Shown in pieces: positions 10,454-20,850 of a stretch of 64,000 bases of DNA. A program made the position numbers and the translations under genes. Where the stretch lies: IMG/VR virus record IMGVR_UViG_3300032220_002272. One strand, 5' to 3'. Within the stretch, counting starts at the first letter, position 1. Every line of letters begins with the position of its first letter. The stretch is from an uncultured virus (IMG/VR IMGVR_UViG_3300032220_002272). Lineage: Duplodnaviria; Heunggongvirae; Uroviricota; Caudoviricetes. The notes beneath the pieces are model-generated. The model made no database searches and was not told the DNA's origin. It was given only the letters and a program-made list of their open reading frames with translations.

Positions 10454-10885
10454 CTAAAGCGCGGCCGGTTTGATCTCGTTGAATTCGAGGTAGAGGCCGG
10501 CTTTCACCGTGAGATCGCCGTCAGGTTCGCGGTTGCGGATGAATAGCGCAGCCTCGTACGGACCGGCCGGAAGGCCGGACACCGCGGTGATCATGGTGAG
10601 CGGACCTTGCGCGTTGCTGTTGAACCCGTCGAAGATGAGATTGACCGGCGTCACCTTCCGGATGACGCCGCCGATCACGAGATAGGCGATGAGCTGAAGG
10701 TCATCGGGACTTGCCAGATCCGCGCTGAGCAGCACCCGAAGCAGGCTGCCGTCCATCTGCTTGGTGATCGGCTTCGACGTTACCAGCTGGCCAATATTCT
10801 CGCCGCCGCCACCACCGCCGCCGCCACCCCCGCCTGTTCCGGGATCTCCGATACCTGGTTCGTCAGGCGTGTTTTCGTTCGCCAT
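10454..10885 (-). CDS. Hypothetical tail-associated protein with poly-Gly linker
   Basis: Between fibre genes; beta-rich C-terminus. Confidence 0.55.
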   Translation of the reverse strand: MANENTPDEPGIGDPGTGGGGGGGGGGGENIGQLVTSKPITKQMDGSLLRVLLSADLASPDDLQLIAYLVIGGVIRKVTPVNLIFDGFNSNAQGPLTMITAVSGLPAGPYEAALFIRNREPDGDLTVKAGLYLEFNEIKPAAL

Positions 10886-10892
10886 GGTGGCC

Positions 10893-13800
10893 TCAACTGT
10901 ACTTGATGATGATGTCCGCCGTGGTGATCGTGAAAGCAGTCTGCTGGACCGCGGACCCCGATAGCTCGCGTGCGGTGACGACGTTGGCCTTCAGGCTGTT
11001 GACCACGGTCACACCCGTCGTCGCGTCGACTTCAAATATCTGGCTCGCCCCGACGATGAACTTGTCGGCCGCGACGGCGAATACGCTATCCTGCCCGTTA
11101 ATGCGGAAACCGGTGATCTTGCGGTTCACGTCGAGCGTCAGCTGCGCGACCGCCTCCTTGCCGTCGATCGACCGCAGGAGGAAGTTGATCGTCGAGGTGT
11201 GCCCGTCCTGCGTCGTGGACACCTGCTGAAGCAGCTGCCCCAGCGCCTGGTCGCCGTCTACCTGCGCCTGCTTGTTGGTCGCGACGGTGGCCCGTGTGGC
11301 GGTGAGGCCCGTGCCGGGATCATGCAGTTCGGCCGTCAGAATCTCGATCAGCTTCGACAGCGCCGCCGCGCGGTCGGCGCTGGTCGTTCGCTCCAGCTCC
11401 AGCCCCGCTGCGGTTGCCGGCAGCCCGGATGCGGGATCATTGACCTGCGCCGACAGCTGCTGGATGTCCCGAGCGTTGGCGGCATCGCGATCGGCGCTCG
11501 CCTGTCGATCCTGCGCGACGACGGCGCGCGTCGCCGGCAACCCCGTCGCCGGGTCGTGCAGCTCGGCAGTGATGAGATCGATCTGCTGCCCGCGCGCGCT
11601 GTCGCGATCAGCGCTCGCGGTCTTTTCCTGCGCAAGCGCCGCCGCCGTTGCTGGCAGTCCCGTGGCCGGATCATTGACCTGCGCCGACAGCTGTTGGACG
11701 TCATGGGCGTTCGCCGCGTCCCGGTCGGCGCTGGCCTGGCGATCCTGCGCGACGACCGCCTTGGTGGCTTCCAAACCCGACGCGGTGTCGTTGGCCACCG
11801 CCTCCGTCAGGTCGAGCCGATGAGCGAGCGCGGCATCGGCCTTGGCGGTTGCATCCTCGACCGCGACGATTCGGGAGCGCGTCGCGGGCAACCCCGACAC
11901 AGGGTCGTTGAAGGCCGCCTCCAGCGCGGCGATCCGGCTGGTCGCCGCCTGCGTGCTGTCCGTCAGCGCCTTCGACGTCGTGACGATCGCCGCCTCGGCC
12001 AGCCCCAACCGCGCGTACAGCGCCTCACGCGCCGCCGCCTCCGACCGCTGCCCGGCGACGAGGGTCGTCGAGAATTCGGTCTGCACCTGCACCAACTGCG
12101 CGGCGCGCGCCTGCCCCGCCTGCTCGCCAGCGGCCAAAGCCCGCAGGAGGGCCTCGCCACTGTCATCCGCCGCACCGACCGCCTGACGGATCGTCATCTG
12201 AGCGCTGGCGATGCCTGCCGCCGCCGTGATCGACGCCTGCTCCAGCCGGCCAATCGCGGCGGACTGGCCGTTCATGGCCACGCCAACCGCGTCGATGCGC
12301 TCGCCCAGAGCGCGATCGCCATCGACCTGGGCCTTTTGCGTGGTAACCAGGTTCGCGTAGGTCGCCGCCAAGCCTGTCGTTGGGTCATGCAGCTCGGCGA
12401 CCAGCGACTGGAACTGCTCGGTCAGCGCGCTCGTGCGATCCGACGCGGCTTTGAGGCCGGCGGTCAGCGCCGCGCGCGTCGCGGGCAAGCCCGTGACCTG
12501 GTCGTTGACGATCGCCTCGACACCGTCGACGCGGGTGCCGAGCGCTGCATCCCGGGTCGCACTGGCATCGTCGACCGCGTTGATGCGAACGCGCGTAGGG
12601 GCGAGGCCCGTCACCGGATCCGCCAGCGCCACCTCCATGGCGGCGATGCGACTGCCGTAGGCGCCGGTCGTGTCCGCCAGGACCTTCGACGTCATGACGA
12701 TCGCCGCCTCGGCCGCATTCATTCGCGCGAGGATCGCCTGCTGCGCGATGGCGGAGGCTTGGCGATCGGCGATAAGCGACGTCGAGAAGTCAGTCTGGAT
12801 CTGCACGAGCTGCGCGGCACGCGCCTGCCCCGCCTGCTCGCCGGCCGCGATCGAGCGGAGGAGCGCTTCGCCCGTGTCCCCCGCCGCGCCAACGATCTGA
12901 CGGATCGTCATTTGGCTCGATGCGACGCCGCCGGCAGCGTCGAGCACTGCCCGGTCGATCCGCCCGATCGCGGCGGATTGGTCGCCCAGGATGGCGGCCT
13001 GCGCATCGATGCGTTGCGTCAGCGCGGCATCCCGCGTGACGCTGGCATCGGCCTGGGACAGCATCAGCGCGTTGGCCTGGTCGATCCGCACCGACAGAAG
13101 GGTTCGCGCGGTGGCAGCCGCAGAGAAGCCGTCATCCATCCGCGTCGACAGTTCCTGCCGCGCGAGAGCGATCTGGCTGACCTGATACCGCCCGGCCGTC
13201 TCCCCGGCGGCCAGCGAACGCAACAGGGCGTCTGCATTTGCGTCGGCGGTGCCCCGCGCCTGGCGGACCTCGACAACCAACCCGGCTGTATCGGGCATTG
13301 CGGTTAGCGTCTGCTCGATGCTGGCGGTTCGCAGCGTCAGCCGGTCGACCGCGTCGGCTGTCGCAAGAAGGCCGATCTTGCCATTGAGGGCATCGACGTT
13401 AATTTCGGTGGTGCGGACGCGCGCGGTAAGCGCTGTAAGCTCGGCAATGGACGCCTTCAGCCGCACCGCTGCGTTCAGGCCGTCGACCGTCGTCTCGGCT
13501 TGGCTAAGGCGGGCGAGGATTGGCTCGAGCTGCGCGACCTGCGACGGATCCAGAACGGCGAGCGCGATCTGCTCGTTGACGAAATTGACGGACGCCTTCT
13601 GCGTGAGCGTACCCTTCACGCTATCGACTGACAGCTCCACCAGCGACGTGCGGTCCTCGAGCTGATCGATCGCATAGATACGCACCGTTCCCGAGATGGG
13701 ATCGATCACCACCCCCGCATCGCGGAGGATGTCGCGGGTCTGGGCGTTCGCCAGCACCGCTCGCAGCAGCGATTCCTCGACGCGGCCGACGGAGCGATCG

Positions 13801-14252
13801 AGTTGGCGCTGCGCTTCGTCCTGGTCGGCGACGACGCCCACCAACGCACCCAGCGCATCGCTCGCCTTTACGTCCGCCAGCTCGAGCGCCGAGATCGACA
13901 GCGCGGCATCGCCCAGCTGCTGTCCCAGCGTTCCAAGCGCCAGGTCGAGCCCGATGTCCGTCTGCTTCAGCGCGCTGATGTCGCTGGTGATCGGACCGAA
14001 CTGCGCCTGGATGGGGCCGAACTGCGCTTTGATCGGGTCTAGCTCGTCGAAGGTTCGCAGCAGATCGGCGCGCGCCTCCTGAAGCCCCTGCGCCGACATA
14101 CCCGCGACCGTCGTCAGGCGATCCTCAGCACCGGCGGCATAGGCCGCCAGTTGCCGCTGAAGGTCAGCGACACCGATAAGCTCGCGCAACTGGTCCATCG
14201 AGACCAGCAGCGGCTGCCCATCCGTGAAGACGGCAAAGGTCGGCCCGGCCAC
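10893..14252 (-). CDS. Long coiled-coil tail fibre-like protein with gpJ/DUF1983-like C-terminus
   Basis: 1119 aa, repeated (N/H)DPxTGLxAT units, C-terminal LTLDVNRKITGFRING..FAVAADKF. Confidence 0.7.
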   Translation of the reverse strand: MAGPTFAVFTDGQPLLVSMDQLRELIGVADLQRQLAAYAAGAEDRLTTVAGMSAQGLQEARADLLRTFDELDPIKAQFGPIQAQFGPITSDISALKQTDIGLDLALGTLGQQLGDAALSISALELADVKASDALGALVGVVADQDEAQRQLDRSVGRVEESLLRAVLANAQTRDILRDAGVVIDPISGTVRIYAIDQLEDRTSLVELSVDSVKGTLTQKASVNFVNEQIALAVLDPSQVAQLEPILARLSQAETTVDGLNAAVRLKASIAELTALTARVRTTEINVDALNGKIGLLATADAVDRLTLRTASIEQTLTAMPDTAGLVVEVRQARGTADANADALLRSLAAGETAGRYQVSQIALARQELSTRMDDGFSAAATARTLLSVRIDQANALMLSQADASVTRDAALTQRIDAQAAILGDQSAAIGRIDRAVLDAAGGVASSQMTIRQIVGAAGDTGEALLRSIAAGEQAGQARAAQLVQIQTDFSTSLIADRQASAIAQQAILARMNAAEAAIVMTSKVLADTTGAYGSRIAAMEVALADPVTGLAPTRVRINAVDDASATRDAALGTRVDGVEAIVNDQVTGLPATRAALTAGLKAASDRTSALTEQFQSLVAELHDPTTGLAATYANLVTTQKAQVDGDRALGERIDAVGVAMNGQSAAIGRLEQASITAAAGIASAQMTIRQAVGAADDSGEALLRALAAGEQAGQARAAQLVQVQTEFSTTLVAGQRSEAAAREALYARLGLAEAAIVTTSKALTDSTQAATSRIAALEAAFNDPVSGLPATRSRIVAVEDATAKADAALAHRLDLTEAVANDTASGLEATKAVVAQDRQASADRDAANAHDVQQLSAQVNDPATGLPATAAALAQEKTASADRDSARGQQIDLITAELHDPATGLPATRAVVAQDRQASADRDAANARDIQQLSAQVNDPASGLPATAAGLELERTTSADRAAALSKLIEILTAELHDPGTGLTATRATVATNKQAQVDGDQALGQLLQQVSTTQDGHTSTINFLLRSIDGKEAVAQLTLDVNRKITGFRINGQDSVFAVAADKFIVGASQIFEVDATTGVTVVNSLKANVVTARELSGSAVQQTAFTITTADIIIKYS

Positions 14253-14254
14253 GA

Positions 14255-15190
14255 TCAGCGTCCGATCGCCTGCCAGCGGAAGGTATGTGCGTTGGAGTAT
14301 GGGCGCTCACCCCAGCCCGTGTCGAGGAAGCCCGTGGCGCCGGCGATCGTCGGCGCGTTGAACACGACGATCATAGGGTGCCACTGTCCCTGTCCGAGCT
14401 GATACGGGTCGCCATTGGCGACGATCGAGCCGCAGACGTTGAGGAACGGACGCGGAAACGACAGCGAGAACGCGCGTGCGCTGGTGCCATCGCCGAACAC
14501 CGTCAGCGACCCCCATTGAATCATGTTGCCGCCCGGCAGCGGAGCCCAACCGCTCGACCCATCGCCGCCTCCCGCCGCGCCGAACGCCGCCGGCGTCAGC
14601 GCCTTGGTCGCATCGCTCTGCTGGTTGAGATCCGACGCGCCGGCCGCCGGCACCGCAAGCGACAGGTCGCTCATGAGGTTGCCACCGCCGGTCAGCAGGC
14701 CGCCCGTCGAGATCACGCGGCTGGTGAGCACCCGCGCAGCCAATGCAGCGGTGACGTTCGTCGCGAACGCCGGATCGTTGCCGATCGAGGCGGCGATCTC
14801 TCCGAGGGTATTGAGGTTCGCAGGTGCGCCGCCGATCACTCCGAGGATCCGGTCGGCCACGAGCGCCGCGCCCGACTGGGGCGACAGCGCTCGATTGTTG
14901 ATCGCCCCTGCGACCGCCTCCTGGTTCGACGCGAATGCGATGCCGCCGGACGCGATCAGCGCCCGGATCGCGGCAAGAACCTGACCGCGGTCGGCCTTCG
15001 ACAGGCTGATGCCGGCCGCCGCTACGATCGCGACGAGCTCCTCCTGGATCATGTTGAGCCAGTCGGCCGGAACGTCGGTGGGCGGCGTCGGCACAGACGG
15101 ATCGCCCCCGGTGAAATAGCCGGGAGTGCCGGACACGGCAGCGGGCGCCGGCAGCGCGGGCGCTGCCGTGGGGCCATCGACACGGAACAT
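14255..15190 (-). CDS. Tail fibre protein (Mu-like N-terminus, gp53-like C-terminus)
   Basis: GYFTGGDP...ADWLNMIQEEL; APANLNTLGEIA; GWAPLPGGNMIQWG...WQAIGR. Confidence 0.82.
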   Translation of the reverse strand: MFRVDGPTAAPALPAPAAVSGTPGYFTGGDPSVPTPPTDVPADWLNMIQEELVAIVAAAGISLSKADRGQVLAAIRALIASGGIAFASNQEAVAGAINNRALSPQSGAALVADRILGVIGGAPANLNTLGEIAASIGNDPAFATNVTAALAARVLTSRVISTGGLLTGGGNLMSDLSLAVPAAGASDLNQQSDATKALTPAAFGAAGGGDGSSGWAPLPGGNMIQWGSLTVFGDGTSARAFSLSFPRPFLNVCGSIVANGDPYQLGQGQWHPMIVVFNAPTIAGATGFLDTGWGERPYSNAHTFRWQAIGR

Positions 15191-15200
15191 GGGCGGTCCT

Positions 15201-15740
15201 TCAGGCGAGGAGGATGGTGGTTTCGGCCGGCCGGATCGCGTCGAGCTCGGCTTTCAGCGTGGCGACCGGCAGGCCGCCGCGGTTGGCGAGGACGCGGACG
15301 CGCCAGGCGTCGATCCAGAGGCGCGACCGGGCGGGATCGCCAGCGCGGAAGCGGCCTGCGCGTAAGGGGGCGAAATTGTCGATTGCGATCGTGAAGCCGA
15401 GCGTCGCGGCGAAGGCGATGAACCGGGCGCGCGATTGACCGCCGGCGCCGACCAGTCGTGCGACGACGCGTGCGCGGCGCTGCTCTGCCGTTGCCCCATC
15501 GGCCGCGACAAGCCCCAGGCTCGCCTCCCACTCGACCAACAGCGCGGTCGTGGTCGCCGGGAACGCGTCGACGAGCAGCTGCATCGATGCCGCATCGCTG
15601 CGCCATAGCGACAGCGCCAAGGCGGCGAGCGTGCGGCCCTGCACGGACTGAGGATCATTCGCCCAGGCGGGGCCGCGGGGCATCAGCGCGCGGGCGGCGC
15701 GGGCATATTCGTCCGCCGCGAAGCGAGCGCCTACGCCCAT
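15201..15740 (-). CDS. Baseplate wedge protein (Mu gp48/YmfQ-like)
   Basis: ALMPRGPAW, LLVEWEASLGL, GGQSRARFI, RPAET. Confidence 0.82.
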   Translation of the reverse strand: MGVGARFAADEYARAARALMPRGPAWANDPQSVQGRTLAALALSLWRSDAASMQLLVDAFPATTTALLVEWEASLGLVAADGATAEQRRARVVARLVGAGGQSRARFIAFAATLGFTIAIDNFAPLRAGRFRAGDPARSRLWIDAWRVRVLANRGGLPVATLKAELDAIRPAETTILLA

Positions 15741-16873
15741 GTGATGCTCGCCAGGGCCGGCAGGCAACCGGCGTTCGAAACGATGTTGCCCGCCGCGCCC
15801 GGGGTTACGGCGCCGGCGCTCGCGTCAACGTTGGTGATGACGAACCCGGCCGAGCCGTTGACCGCGGCGATCGCCGCCTCGATCGCAGACATATTGGTCA
15901 CGCCGCCGGGCACGGCGCTGGCGAGCAATGCCGCCGTGATTGCCGAGGCGATCGCGCCTTTCAGCGTCGCCGACGCACCCGCCAGGCCGGCGATCGTGAA
16001 GGTCAGGCTGTTGGGGCGCGGCGACACCGCATAGATGATCGGCGTGACCGGCTGGCGCACGAAAATTGCATTGGCGACGGTCAGCTGGTCGCCCGCCGCG
16101 GCGATATCGCGCGCCTCGGCAGCGGCGACGCCGTTTGTGCCTTGCGGATACCCACCGTGGGAGGCCTGCGCATCGTCCATCATGAAATAGAGGACGACGG
16201 TCGATGGCCCCATACCTCCCGGGTCTACCCATGCTCGCGTGACGCCCGGCACCGCCAAGGCCCATTGCCTGTAGTCGGACGCCGATCCGCCCTGCGGCGG
16301 GTTGGCATAGGCGAGCAACATGCGTGACCGCAGCGAATCGTCGCTCTCAACGGCAGCGCCGCCGGTGATGGGGCCGGCCGCCGCACCGGCAGCTGAAACC
16401 CCGGCAACGCCCGACCCGAGCGCAAAGGCGGCGCCGCCGGCGGCATTGCCAGTCGTACCAGCGGCAATTGACGCGATTGGGGCTGTTACCGACCCGCCCG
16501 CGCCGACCGATGCCTCGGCGGTTGTGGTATAGGCGAACCCGTCACTGCGCAGAACCGAGGTTCCGACCGGGATAACGGCACCTGGCGTCCCGGTGAACGC
16601 CACCGCGCCCGTGGCGGCCGTCGCCGGCTTGCGGGTAACGCCTTTGAGGCCCGCCCAGCCCTCCAGCATTTCGCCGATCGCGGTGAAGGGCGTCGCCTGA
16701 CGGGCGATATAATCGAGGTAGCCGTAATGGCCGGTGGCGAGGCCCGCCAGGATGTTGGCGAGGATCGCGAGGTTCGAATAGCGCAGCAGCGCGTCGGCGC
16801 CGGGAAGCGCGGATTGCAGGTCCGTCTGCGTCTGCTTGCGCAGCTCGTCGAGCGTCGGCCGGGCGAAGGTCAT
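15731..16873 (-). CDS. Baseplate J-like protein (Mu gp47)
   Basis: FARPTLDELR, ESDDSLRSR, PPQGGSASDYRQWALAVPGVTRAWV. Confidence 0.9.
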   Translation of the reverse strand: MTFARPTLDELRKQTQTDLQSALPGADALLRYSNLAILANILAGLATGHYGYLDYIARQATPFTAIGEMLEGWAGLKGVTRKPATAATGAVAFTGTPGAVIPVGTSVLRSDGFAYTTTAEASVGAGGSVTAPIASIAAGTTGNAAGGAAFALGSGVAGVSAAGAAAGPITGGAAVESDDSLRSRMLLAYANPPQGGSASDYRQWALAVPGVTRAWVDPGGMGPSTVVLYFMMDDAQASHGGYPQGTNGVAAAEARDIAAAGDQLTVANAIFVRQPVTPIIYAVSPRPNSLTFTIAGLAGASATLKGAIASAITAALLASAVPGGVTNMSAIEAAIAAVNGSAGFVITNVDASAGAVTPGAAGNIVSNAGCLPALASITWA

Positions 16874-17382
16874 GCGAGGTCCTTCCAGGCGTAATCGAAG
16901 GGGACGGCAGTGGTGCCGGTGGGATGCGAGACGACGATCCGCCCCGCCAGCCGGCCGCCTGCCTGCCATTCTGCGGTGACGTCGATCGCCGATGCCGCGC
17001 CATCCGCGGTGAGCCAGCCGAGGGCCTGACGAATGTACGCGATCGCGAGCTGGAGGTTCTGCGGCGTGCGCTTCGCGCGTGCGAGCAGCCAAAGCTTGGA
17101 GCCGATCGTCGGATCGGCCCACCAGCCCCGCGGGTCGTCGGTGCCATCGGGGATCACGTCATCCGGACCCGCCGCCGCGTCCGTGAACAGGCTTATGAGG
17201 ACGGCGGTCTGGATATCGCTGCCCGCGACCAGCCCGGTCGCCTGGGCCGGTGATGCGCCGACAGCGAACCCGTCGGGACCGATGACCGGCCGGCCCGCGC
17301 CGTCGCGCATGAAGCCGGCCGCCGCCGGCACAGCCCAATCGCCGCGGCTGTTCGCCGCGTCCCAGATCGTTGCGATGTCCAT
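16870..17382 (-). CDS. Baseplate protein (Mu gp46-like)
   Basis: TAVLISLFTD, RGWWAD, GSKLWLL. Confidence 0.88.
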   Translation of the reverse strand: MDIATIWDAANSRGDWAVPAAAGFMRDGAGRPVIGPDGFAVGASPAQATGLVAGSDIQTAVLISLFTDAAAGPDDVIPDGTDDPRGWWADPTIGSKLWLLARAKRTPQNLQLAIAYIRQALGWLTADGAASAIDVTAEWQAGGRLAGRIVVSHPTGTTAVPFDYAWKDLA

Positions 17383-17385
17383 GGG

Positions 17386-17931
17386 TCAGGCCTGTGGCTT
17401 CGGGGGGCCGGAACCCCAGCTCCCTCCGGCCGCGACCGGAGGATGGTTGTGGAGATTGAAGGTGTCGTGGAGCGCGCCCAAGCTGACCGCCTTGCCATCG
17501 GCGCGGGCCACGACATCCCCCGTCGTCTCGATGTCGCAAGTGCAGCGCACCTTGCTGGCATTCGTCACCGTGACCATGCCACCTGCCCCGTCGATCTCGA
17601 TGCCATCCTCCGTCAGGCGGATGATCCGCCCCCGAACGTCATAGATCGCCGCATCGCCGGGCTTCAGGTTGCGCGGGCGAGATGCGCGGTGCGCGGTGCC
17701 GAGGGCAACGCCGAGCGCCGCCTCGCCATTGCGATTGATCACCACGACGTCGGCGTCGATCGGCGGCACGCTGGTAAAGCCGAACTGCGCGATGCGGAGC
17801 ACCCGGTCGGTAATCCGATCCGACCCGCCGTTGCCGGCTGCCCGCTGCGCGAGCTGGAGGCGCTGGAAGTCGTCGGCATCGTCGACGAGGGTAACGCGGC
17901 CGAACCACAGGAGATTGCGGAGCCAGCTCAT
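17386..17931 (-). CDS. Baseplate spike protein (Mu gp45/gpV-like)
   Basis: QFGFTSVPP, RPRNLKPGDAAIYD, C-terminal HNH apex. Confidence 0.85.
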   Translation of the reverse strand: MSWLRNLLWFGRVTLVDDADDFQRLQLAQRAAGNGGSDRITDRVLRIAQFGFTSVPPIDADVVVINRNGEAALGVALGTAHRASRPRNLKPGDAAIYDVRGRIIRLTEDGIEIDGAGGMVTVTNASKVRCTCDIETTGDVVARADGKAVSLGALHDTFNLHNHPPVAAGGSWGSGPPKPQA

Positions 17932-19007
17932 TATGGTTGCGCGTCCGGAGGCGTGATGTCGGCCGCGTTGATCGCCAGCAGGCTGATCGGCTCGATCGTG
18001 AACGCCTCGCGCGGCATCAGGACCAGATCGGCATGCGTGCCGTCGGGGCCGCGACGAAACCTCACCTCAGCAAGGATCATCGCGCCGGCGCCGAGGCGGT
18101 TTGCGGGCAGGCTGACCGGGACCAGCGTGTTTGGTGCCCAGAGCGCACCGGCGGCATCGCGCCAGCTGTCGACCTGCACCAGCACGACCGTTGAGCGGCC
18201 CGCGCGCCGCGCAACCTCCCATTTCGCCTTCCGGATGGCGAACGCATTGGCATCCTCCGCCACGCTCTCGAGAAAGACGTATTTCCGCCGGTGCCGCGGC
18301 ACGTTCGGATCGGTCTGGGTGTCGAAAAACGTGCTGCCGCCGACGTCCATGGCGACGTCGACCGTATAGCTCGAGCAGACGATCTCCGAGAATCGCTCGT
18401 GCATCGAATGCTGCACGGACCATTTCTCGACGTTCTGGCCGTAGACCGCGCCGGACGCGGCCTGGGCCGTCCCGACGTTGGCGAGCAGGAGGCGACCGGT
18501 CGAGTCCTCATAGGCCAGCAACCCGGCATTCTGCGCGAGGCGCTGGATGATGTCCGCCGGCGTTTCGCCGTAATTCAGCGCCCACTGCGTGACGGTCGGG
18601 CCGGCGCTCGCCCCATTCGCGAGCACGACCTCGATGCCATAGACCGCGGCGAGCTTCTGCGAGATCGACAGGGCGTCGCCGCCGATCTGCTGGCCGGTCG
18701 CCCATTCCGCGCCGCAGTCGGTCAGATCCTGTGTCTTGCCGCGGCCGGTGAGCCTGAGCGAGCGCGACTGCGCGTCACCGCCACCGATGTCCTGGTCGAT
18801 ATAGCCGCTGATGACGAGGTCGGACCCGAGATAGACCTGGCAGGGGTCCCCGGCCGCTGCGATCACCGCGCCCTTGGTGACGGGATCCTTCCACGACATG
18901 GCGATGTCGAATTCGCCTGGGAAGCCGTCCGCGCGCAGCGTCACTTCGATTTCGGTCCACCCGCTGATCCGGCGACCGCGAGCGGTCAGGTAAAGCTCTT
19001 CCGTCAC
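17931..19007 (-). CDS. Baseplate hub protein (Mu gp44/gpP-like)
   Basis: GWTEIEV, GRGKTQDLTDC, WRDAAGALWAPNTLV. Confidence 0.87.
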   Translation of the reverse strand: MTEELYLTARGRRISGWTEIEVTLRADGFPGEFDIAMSWKDPVTKGAVIAAAGDPCQVYLGSDLVISGYIDQDIGGGDAQSRSLRLTGRGKTQDLTDCGAEWATGQQIGGDALSISQKLAAVYGIEVVLANGASAGPTVTQWALNYGETPADIIQRLAQNAGLLAYEDSTGRLLLANVGTAQAASGAVYGQNVEKWSVQHSMHERFSEIVCSSYTVDVAMDVGGSTFFDTQTDPNVPRHRRKYVFLESVAEDANAFAIRKAKWEVARRAGRSTVVLVQVDSWRDAAGALWAPNTLVPVSLPANRLGAGAMILAEVRFRRGPDGTHADLVLMPREAFTIEPISLLAINAADITPPDAQP

Positions 19008-20323
19008 GCGGCTAGCGCCTGAAGCGTAACCGGCATGAACAGCGGGCTGACGCAGGAGTCGCCCGCCTCGCCCACCAGCTCATCCGCGCGAGCCGCATCA
19101 CGGTAGAGCCGCTGTGCGAGACTGAGGGCGGGGAGCGGCGCGGGAAGCGAAAACGTGCGGACGTGGGCGAGGCTGGCGCCCCGCACGCGGAGATCCTCGA
19201 CGACAGCGATACGCAGGGCGCGCAGCGCGGCGAACAGATCGTCAAGCCCGCCGCCGGCAGTTTCCGCCGCGGCGTCGATCGCTGCCGTGACGTCGACCAA
19301 CCTCGCGAACGCGTCTTCGTAGCTCGACGGCTGATAGGCGGCCGACGCGCGGGCGAGTTCGATCGTGATCGTCAGTCGAAACAGCCGCGACACTGCCGCG
19401 CCTGCGGCACCGAGGGCATCCGATCCCACCGGTTGGAACACCAGCAGCCCGGATAGCAGGCGAAGAGCGTCGGCGGGATCGGCGCACGCGCCAGTGAGTG
19501 CGGCGAGCAGCGCCGCGATCGCGTCGGCGAGATCGGCCTCGACCGAACCGACGGTCAGCGCCGCCATGGTCACGTCGACGGTGTCGATCGCGGCTGCGAT
19601 CGTCGCGCGCTGTGTCGCCGCCAGGGCGACCAGCTCCGGCAGGCTGTCGGTGCCTGCTGCCGAGGCCTTGGAGAGGTATCCCGACGTCGCGCCGCGGCTG
19701 TACCGCCCGAAGTTGCCAGGGAGCGCCGTCGCCAGGCGCGACAACGCCGTGGCATCGGCGCCGGCGGCAGTCACCTGCGCGGTCCATTGGTTCACTGTGG
19801 CGGGGAGCGCGCCGCTGGCGCTGCCGGCAGCGCTCGTCTTGCCGAGGCCCAGGAGGCGCACTGCCGTCGCGGCACCCGCTGCGGCAGTGATGACCGCCGC
19901 CGACACGGTGAGGCCGTCGAGGGAGATGTTCGGGAAAGTCTGGCGCCCCGCCTCGATAAAGGCGAACTCCACCGTGCTGTACGTCGCCCCATCCAGCGCC
20001 TCGCCCATGCTGATCGCGTCGAGCACGACAGTGAGGATGCCGAGCGTGGGGTGGATCAGCACGCCCGAACCAGCCGCCCGCGCCGCGGTCAACAGCGCGA
20101 GGCGCTGGGCGTCGATCGGCAGACCGCCGAGGATGGGATCCTTGTCGACGACGAATCCGCGGATGCGATAGCGCGTCGCGCCCCGACCCATATCCTCGGT
20201 CCATACGTCCTCACGGCCGGGATACTCATGGACAGCTAGGCGCCGGCCGGCAGTCGTGACATGATCGGTCACGGCAAAGGGAACGCCGCGGAAGGACGCG
20301 GGCAGCAGGTTGAGCAGGGACAT
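19004..20323 (-). CDS. DNA circularisation protein (Mu gpN-like)
   Basis: ASFRGVPF, RRLAVHEYPGRE, LIHPTLG, LAQRLYRDAARADEL. Confidence 0.88.
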   Translation of the reverse strand: MSLLNLLPASFRGVPFAVTDHVTTAGRRLAVHEYPGREDVWTEDMGRGATRYRIRGFVVDKDPILGGLPIDAQRLALLTAARAAGSGVLIHPTLGILTVVLDAISMGEALDGATYSTVEFAFIEAGRQTFPNISLDGLTVSAAVITAAAGAATAVRLLGLGKTSAAGSASGALPATVNQWTAQVTAAGADATALSRLATALPGNFGRYSRGATSGYLSKASAAGTDSLPELVALAATQRATIAAAIDTVDVTMAALTVGSVEADLADAIAALLAALTGACADPADALRLLSGLLVFQPVGSDALGAAGAAVSRLFRLTITIELARASAAYQPSSYEDAFARLVDVTAAIDAAAETAGGGLDDLFAALRALRIAVVEDLRVRGASLAHVRTFSLPAPLPALSLAQRLYRDAARADELVGEAGDSCVSPLFMPVTLQALAA

Positions 20324-20373
20324 GTTGGACCTCCTCAGGCTGTCGCGGGTTACGCGGTGAGAGGGAGACGGTT

Positions 20374-20850
20374 GTGCTTGGACTTATGATCGCCGCAGCA
20401 ATCGGCAGCACTGCTGGGCAATCGCTGCACCGCTACACCAACGTTCGCTACGGCTACTCGACTTGCTTTCCAGTCCCCGAATTTAAGGCCCAGGGCGTGT
20501 CGGATTCCGGCGATGGCCAGGTTTTCAAAGCTACAAGCGGGGCGGAAATTCGCGTCTGGGGTCGCTACGCTACTGGAGCGAACCCCTCCGCAGACTTCTC
20601 AGCCGACGTTTCCGATAACGCAAAAGACTTGGCCGGAAATGGGGGGAAGGTCACATATCGCGTAGATCGCCCGACGTGGGCGGTGTTTTCCGGCACATCC
20701 GCATCCCAGATTTTCTGGTCGAAGGAGATGTTAAAGGGGGATCGAATTGTAGTCGTGCAATTCGTCTATCCGAGCTCGTTGCGCGCCAGATACCAATCCA
20801 TCCCGGCGACACTCAACCGATGCTCGATGGTCGGTACGGCGCCGTTCTAA
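20374..20850 (+). CDS. Secreted protein (moron), candidate superinfection-exclusion/hydrolase inhibitor
   Basis: Opposite strand, GGGAG RBS, hydrophobic N-terminus, stop overlaps the tape-measure stop; function inferred. Confidence 0.65.
   Translation: MLGLMIAAAIGSTAGQSLHRYTNVRYGYSTCFPVPEFKAQGVSDSGDGQVFKATSGAEIRVWGRYATGANPSADFSADVSDNAKDLAGNGGKVTYRVDRPTWAVFSGTSASQIFWSKEMLKGDRIVVVQFVYPSSLRARYQSIPATLNRCSMVGTAPF

Noticed and set aside
11199..13307. 702-aa plus-strand ORF and similar long Arg-rich antisense ORFs throughout the window
   Set aside because: Shadow frames of GC-rich coding genes with no motifs.
8739..15190. Diversity-generating retroelement or invertible fibre cassette
   Set aside because: No reverse transcriptase or invertase was seen, and no template/variable repeat pair was noticed.
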